Below, piece after piece: positions 41,634 through 45,686 of a stretch of DNA of 45,686 nt (positions are counted from its first letter, which is position 1; the number at the start of each line of letters is the position of its first letter). The notes under the pieces were generated by a model. It was given only the letters and a program-made list of their open reading frames with translations. It made no database searches and was not told where the DNA came from. The stretch spans positions 1 through 45,686 of the IMG/VR virus record IMGVR_UViG_3300045988_032761; one strand, given 5' to 3'. The position numbers and the translations under genes are program-made. This DNA comes from a virus.

Positions 41634-42351
41634 TTGCCGCACCTTCTTTCGCATCGTAATTTCCATCAAGGACTTTCGCCATGTTGGAATCGCAGATCAG
41701 CCAATCAAAAGTAGCTGACCAGTTGCGCTTATTCGCGCCTTTCAGGAAGTCAGAAGCCTCTGCCTTTTCAAACAGTGTCTGGAAGTCATCAAGAGTATAT
41801 CCTGTCTTCAGCCTTGCGCTGATAGCCTTCTTCCTTGCATCAGACATCTTTACCAGGCGGGGATACGACCCACAAACGGAATTGTATAATTCACGAATCG
41901 TGGCATAGATGCTGCTTTCCGGAGTTCTACTCTCATAATCTCCTTTAGGAGATTTATTATATTCTTCCTTTCTTTCCTTCTTCCCTTCTTCTATTGTTGT
42001 CACTTGATTGTCACTTGATTGTCGATTGACTGTCACTTGATTGTCACTTGACTGATACTTATCATAGTTTTTTATTGTAATTACGCTGAATTTAGCGTGT
42101 CGGTTGCTTGTCACTTCTCCTGTATTTTCCAAATGTTTTAGTGCTGTTCTTACATTCCTGATTGTAAGACCTGTTTCTGCTGCAAGATTTTGCAAAGAAG
42201 TTACAAACGATCCTCTTGGTACTTCTATTCCCTGAAATCTTCCTGGCTTCCAGTTTGCCTTTAACAGAATGTGCAAGAACAGCGCCTTGGTATTTACATC
42301 CGTATACCATTCCCATTCAAGAATCTTCCTGCTGATCTTCACGTAATCCAT
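41596..42351 (-). CDS. Replication initiator / replisome organiser (winged-helix N-terminus, phage conserved C-terminus)
   Basis: MDYVKISRKILEWEWY...FLHILLKANW...GSFVTSLQNLAAETGLTIRNVRTALKHLE. Contains internal iterons. Lies upstream of the DnaC-like gene. Confidence 0.75.
   Translation of the reverse strand: MDYVKISRKILEWEWYTDVNTKALFLHILLKANWKPGRFQGIEVPRGSFVTSLQNLAAETGLTIRNVRTALKHLENTGEVTSNRHAKFSVITIKNYDKYQSSDNQVTVNRQSSDNQVTTIEEGKKERKEEYNKSPKGDYESRTPESSIYATIRELYNSVCGSYPRLVKMSDARKKAISARLKTGYTLDDFQTLFEKAEASDFLKGANKRNWSATFDWLICDSNMAKVLDGNYDAKEGAANDPEPTNSVRLW
41998..42052. repeat. Five tandem 11-bp iterons (putative origin of replication)
   Basis: tgtcacttgat / tgtcacttgat / tgtcgattgac / tgtcacttgat / tgtcacttgac, lying inside the replication gene. 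Confidence 0.7.
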
Positions 42352-42667
42352 AACCAGCCTCCCATTCCCTGTATATCTTCATCCATTCTTCCAGAGGCAT
42401 TGTCACAAGCCATTCACAGTGGTTCTTTCTGTGGAACACCGCTGGCAGTTCTTCTGGCTTTCTGCCTCTTTTAGACTGGTCTACGGCATCATATATATTG
42501 AGCTTCTCTCTTCTCTTGACTTCGATGTGGATTCCGGGAAGTCCGACCACATCCGCATCACCATTGGCCCCGCTGTACTGCTGGCCTCTTCTGGCTTTAT
42601 ATCCGTAGCCCCGAAGGATACCGGCTACTTCTCTTTCGCCGGCAGCTCCTTTATTTCTGCTGTTCAT
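42317..42667 (-). CDS. PD-(D/E)XK Holliday-junction-resolvase-like nuclease
   Basis: KGAAGEREVAGIL ... GDADVVGLPGIHIEVKRR (E ... D ... E-x-K). Confidence 0.65.
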   Translation of the reverse strand: MNSRNKGAAGEREVAGILRGYGYKARRGQQYSGANGDADVVGLPGIHIEVKRREKLNIYDAVDQSKRGRKPEELPAVFHRKNHCEWLVTMPLEEWMKIYREWEAGYGLREDQQEDS

Positions 42668-42744
42668 GTTTCTCCTTTCCCCTTCCCATGATCTGACAGG
42701 CTCACATGGGAAGGAAGAAATCTATGTGAATTTTAGTGGCACCC

Positions 42745-43077
42745 TTATTTGTGGTATACAAGCATCTCTCTGTTCCAATCCGGATAGAGACGCTTCATGT
42801 ATTCTTCTATATAACTAATCATATCCGGTCTGAGTCCCTTGGAGCCATTGTCAAGAAGCTGATGATGGTATCTGCATCCTGTCACTCCATTCTGCTCGAT
42901 TCCAAGACCGCCCTGCGAACGGTTCACGATATGCATGATATCAAGCTGTTTATATTGAAAATCTGCACTGGCATTCATGTAGAATCCGATCTGGCAAAAG
43001 ATGCAGCCATGATCTCTCTCTATGATCTTTCGCTTAACATCCGGTCTGAACTGCAAAGCCCTTGTCCTTCTGTTCAT
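42745..43077 (-). CDS. HNH endonuclease
   Basis: CIFCQ ... HIVNRSQGG ... NGVTGCRYHHQLLD. Confidence 0.7.
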   Translation of the reverse strand: MNRRTRALQFRPDVKRKIIERDHGCIFCQIGFYMNASADFQYKQLDIMHIVNRSQGGLGIEQNGVTGCRYHHQLLDNGSKGLRPDMISYIEEYMKRLYPDWNREMLVYHK

Positions 43078-43645
43078 GTTCTCCTCCTATTCCGTACTGT
43101 TCAAATAGTTTCTGCTTCTCAAATGGTGTCATGATCTCGCTGTCCGGAATGCCGGAATCTCTGCAATCCTCAATAAGTCCGCTGATCAGTCTGGCCATTT
43201 CTTCTGTGTTGTAGGTACTGGAACCTCTCAGCAGAAGATATACTCTCTTTGTCTGTCCTTTCATGACTGTAATCTTCGGAGAGAGTGTCAGATGATATTC
43301 CATCTTATTCAGAACCTCTTTTTCTGTCTGATCAGTATCGGGTAAGGGAACAGCGATCAGCTGTCCCTCCACCCGTTCGAACTGTCCATACTCTCTGAGC
43401 ATCCTGTTATGAGCCTCTGCATTCGTCCATCCATGCACCTTTGCCAGCTTTGCCAGAAGGCACCAGTAATAGGCATTTGCATCAAGAGAACGCTTCTCCC
43501 TGTGCTGTTTCAGCTTCACATCCAGTTCTTTCCCTGAGAACGTCTGTAGGGCTTCTGAGATGTCCTGATCGGTGGATATGGTAATGTTCCAGTTCTTTGT
43601 CACCATATCCCTGAACATGGCTGAGATTTTGCCTTTAAACTCCAT
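43034..43645 (-). CDS. NinB/Orf-like recombination mediator
   Basis: REKRSLDANAYYWCLLAKLAK and LRGSSTYNTEEMARLISGLIEDCRDSGI parallel lambda NinB RSLDQNRKLWACL / GQSTSRM..EFAELLE. Confidence 0.55.
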   Translation of the reverse strand: MEFKGKISAMFRDMVTKNWNITISTDQDISEALQTFSGKELDVKLKQHREKRSLDANAYYWCLLAKLAKVHGWTNAEAHNRMLREYGQFERVEGQLIAVPLPDTDQTEKEVLNKMEYHLTLSPKITVMKGQTKRVYLLLRGSSTYNTEEMARLISGLIEDCRDSGIPDSEIMTPFEKQKLFEQYGIGGEHEQKDKGFAVQTGC

Positions 43646-44268
43646 CAGTCATCACCATACTTTTCCTTTAAGGCATTCAACATATTTCCTGCATCAGTTT
43701 CTGTAAGAGTTTTCCAGCTCTTTCCATTTGAGCTGATCCAGTATTCCAGGTTAATGTTGTGTTTCTGTCCTATGCTCTTGATTGTCTTAACCTGTGCAGC
43801 TGTAGCAAGTGGTTCATCACCCGGTATCTCATTACTGAACGGCTTATGCTCCTCTTTTAACCAGAGATTGAACCCCAGTCCTGTATGTATGGCCACGCAC
43901 TTCACAAAGGAACGGCACATACTGTTCCACACTCTCTGCTGACTCATGGAATTATCCTTTACAGGGTTTGTTCCATTCATTACCGGAGACTGCATGACAT
44001 ATTCTTTGTCATCGATCACAACCTTGATTCTGGTCTCATAAGCCCGGTTCGTTACGCCATTCTTGTCCGTAAATGTAACGTCTGAATAGTAAAGGCTTCC
44101 CCCAGTACGTTCATTCGGGATTGGAACGAAATGCACAGCCTCAGCTCCATTCTCATGCAGAAGGTCAATACATTTTGCCCAGTTCAGATACAACATACCT
44201 TCTCGTTTCTCACAATACGGAAGCACATCGACTTTTCTCATCTCATTAAAATTCTTTAACATATTCAC
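43645..44268 (-). CDS. Rad52-like single-strand annealing protein (Sak/DUF1071-type)
   Basis: YLNWAKCIDLL ... MQSPVMNGTNPV ... VWNSMCRSFVKCVAIHTGLGFNLW. Confidence 0.65.
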   Translation of the reverse strand: MNMLKNFNEMRKVDVLPYCEKREGMLYLNWAKCIDLLHENGAEAVHFVPIPNERTGGSLYYSDVTFTDKNGVTNRAYETRIKVVIDDKEYVMQSPVMNGTNPVKDNSMSQQRVWNSMCRSFVKCVAIHTGLGFNLWLKEEHKPFSNEIPGDEPLATAAQVKTIKSIGQKHNINLEYWISSNGKSWKTLTETDAGNMLNALKEKYGDD

Positions 44269-44504
44269 ACCACCTTAAAAAAGCAATACAAGTTATCTGA
44301 TGCATCTCCGAACTTCTCTCCATCGATATCTTCGGCTTTGTGGTATTCCACATGATCCAAAGACATGTCGCAGTTTTCATAATCCAGAACATAATCCCCT
44401 CTGGATTGAAGCTCTCTGAGCAGTTCGTTAATACATCCTGCTATCTCCAGACTGGGAAGAAGTTTCATAATTGCTATCTGTTTACTCATTTGGACACTTC
44501 CCAT
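44265..44504 (-). CDS. Hypothetical early protein
   Basis: ORF with ATGA-type overlap to its neighbours. Confidence 0.5.
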   Translation of the reverse strand: MGSVQMSKQIAIMKLLPSLEIAGCINELLRELQSRGDYVLDYENCDMSLDHVEYHKAEDIDGEKFGDASDNLYCFFKVV

Positions 44505-44763
44505 CTATCAGAAGTTCCAACAGGAAAGTTTTAATTGCTTTGAGGCTTTCACGGCTTTCTTTCTCATAAAATGGGTTAAAAGATACGTTTTGGTACAAAT
44601 CCCACTTAAACACGTCTTTTGGAAGGCAAACATCTTCTTTTCTTTTAAGCCCACATACTCTCACGCCATAAATTGAATAACTGAATTCGATATTTACTGT
44701 CGGAACTTCGTTCACAACTCTTTTGCATAATCCATATATTTCATCAATCTCTTTCTCGAACAT
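44482..44763 (-). CDS. Hypothetical early protein
   Basis: ATG at 44763 with SD AAGGAGGA. The track ORF up to 44889 lacks an SD. Confidence 0.55.
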   Translation of the reverse strand: MFEKEIDEIYGLCKRVVNEVPTVNIEFSYSIYGVRVCGLKRKEDVCLPKDVFKWDLYQNVSFNPFYEKESRESLKAIKTFLLELLIDGKCPNE

Positions 44764-44783
44764 CTTCTTATCCTCCTTATTTC

Positions 44784-44915
44784 CTACTGCCAGTCTGCTC
44801 TCATCTGGCGCACCGCCCATGCTGCCGAGATACCGAAAAAGATGTTCAGCCAGATAGGTATATCCACATATTTCCCGGCGAGCATGCATGCGGCGATCAG
44901 CATATACTCTTTCAT
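44784..44915 (-). CDS. Possible 43-aa membrane peptide (MKEYMLIAACMLAGKYVDIPIWLNIFFGISAAWAVRQMRADWQ)
   Basis: Below the ORF-track cutoff. SD GGAG upstream. Hydrophobic. Confidence 0.35.
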   Translation of the reverse strand: MKEYMLIAACMLAGKYVDIPIWLNIFFGISAAWAVRQMRADWQ

Positions 44916-44916
44916 T

Positions 44917-45093
44917 TTATTTCATTTCTCCTACAATCCACGCAAGGTTGCTCACCACCAGCGCGGCGGCCGTCACAATCCATGCAGTGAACCATCTTTT
45001 TGACTTTTTTTTACTTTCTTCGACAATTTCAGTCGCAAGGGCTACTTCGATGTCAGCCCATGTTGGCTGATTTTCGTTTCTAATTTCACTCAT
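44917..45093 (-). CDS. Possible 58-aa C-terminally anchored membrane protein
   Basis: MSEIRNENQPTWADIEVALATEIVEESKKKSKRWFTAWIVTAAALVVSNLAWIVGEMK. Below the ORF-track cutoff. Confidence 0.4.
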   Translation of the reverse strand: MSEIRNENQPTWADIEVALATEIVEESKKKSKRWFTAWIVTAAALVVSNLAWIVGEMK

Positions 45094-45228
45094 ATCGTGC
45101 TAATTTCTCCTTATTTTTTCTTATTTGTCTTTACAATTAGCAGATAGAGAACTATAATGTATCTATCCACTAAGGCATTTTAGTGGTGCAAAGCTCCGGG
45201 GTGGAGGTTCCAGCTCCCTCCGGGGCAC

Positions 45229-45558
45229 TCACTTATTGAGAGCAGCCTTGCCTTTCCAGACATGTCCGGTCACTTCATATACTTTCCTAGGGCTTATGAT
45301 GTATGTGATTCGGCCACCGGAAAGGCTTTTTGCCGGCTTGTTATTCTGCACAGCTACGCCAATCGGCAACCATCCATACACAATCCCTGCCCGGATTGCT
45401 GTAATAGGAAGTCCGATCAATTGACTCGCATCGGCTACGGTCATATTCTCTGATGAGAACTCCGGCATCTGTGGGATTCCTGATATGATTCTTGCGACCT
45501 CTGCAGCGAACTGATGAATCTGTGCATTTTCTTTGATGTAAGCGTCAACTTCGCTCAT
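45229..45558 (-). CDS. Putative DNA-binding protein (excisionase/HTH_17-like)
   Basis: MTVADASQLIGLPITAIRAGIVYGWLPIG resembles MerR/Xis-type HTH. SD AAAGGAG. Lies in the early operon. Confidence 0.4.
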   Translation of the reverse strand: MSEVDAYIKENAQIHQFAAEVARIISGIPQMPEFSSENMTVADASQLIGLPITAIRAGIVYGWLPIGVAVQNNKPAKSLSGGRITYIISPRKVYEVTGHVWKGKAALNK

Positions 45559-45587
45559 TTCATGCTCCTTTCATATTTGTTTTTATG

Positions 45588-45686
45588 ATTTTTTTTTACC
45601 TTTGATTTCTTCTTTCTCTTTTGAGTTTTGAATGGAGATTTCTTTCCGGTAAAATGTGTAAAATTATTTGCTCCCATTATTTATCA
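45588..45686. repeat. Terminal direct repeat, copy 2 (identical to 1..99)
   Basis: See copy 1. Confidence 0.9.

Larger units (their letters stand above)
1..45587. mobile_element. Complete temperate phage genome (siphovirus-like gene order), one unit length
   Basis: Full set of lysogeny, lysis, tail, head, packaging and replication modules. The 99-bp end overlap closes the circle. Confidence 0.85.

Noticed and set aside
45555-45677. 40-aa Lys-rich ORF (MGANNFTHFTGKKSPFKTQKRKKKSKVKK...) spanning the junction repeat and ending in an ATGA overlap with the Xis-like gene
   Set aside because: Its composition is driven by an A-rich intergenic tract, and it is very short. Kept only as a remote possibility.
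1-45686. CRISPR array anywhere in the window
   Set aside because: I saw no regularly spaced 25-40-bp direct repeats. The only tandem repeats are the 11-bp iterons, the collagen GXY tracts and the tape measure repeats.

Overview
The window is one complete temperate siphovirus-like phage genome, probably from a Firmicutes/Clostridia-type host. This rests on gene content only, and no database search was possible. Bases 1-99 are identical to 45588-45686, so the unique unit is 45587 bp and is circular or terminally redundant.

Layout:
- (a) 192-1237: a divergent Cro-like/CI-like switch with two near-consensus promoters and a reiterated TCGAAATT operator motif.
- (b) 893-4838, plus strand: the lysogeny module, made of CI-like repressor, a three-gene moron operon (secreted protein, Zn-ribbon protein, membrane-anchored Mrr-type nuclease) and a tyrosine integrase. 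It is followed by an attP-like region with reiterated TTGTGACTAA arm repeats.
- (c) 5165-22322, minus strand: lysis, tail and head genes. These are a GH25+CHAP+PG-binding endolysin, collagen-like tail fibre, tail tip, tape measure, chaperones, major tail protein, connectors, major capsid protein and scaffold.
- (d) 22400-22670: a tRNA(CAT) with initiator-like features and a truncated tRNA-like minihelix.
- (e) 22798-28604: an accessory region interrupting the morphogenesis module. It holds a five-gene operon of odd proteins and an oppositely oriented self-contained cassette (25498-27687). The cassette encodes an Aca-like HTH, small acidic proteins and a full-length orphan Cas5 homologue.
- (f) 28604-35178: minor head protein, SGNH esterase, portal, and a terminase that looks like a TerS-TerL fusion.
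- (g) 35289-45558, wrapping to 192-731: early genes. These are a methyltransferase, YopX, a DnaC-like loader, a replication organiser with internal iterons, a resolvase, HNH, NinB-like and Rad52-like SSAP proteins.

The best candidate for something new is the cas5-containing cassette, a putative anti-CRISPR/anti-defence operon with no other cas genes or CRISPR array in the genome. Second is the adjacent five-gene operon of unknown function.

All functional calls come from motif recognition by eye and remembered family signatures. Start codons were refined from SD spacing where stated.
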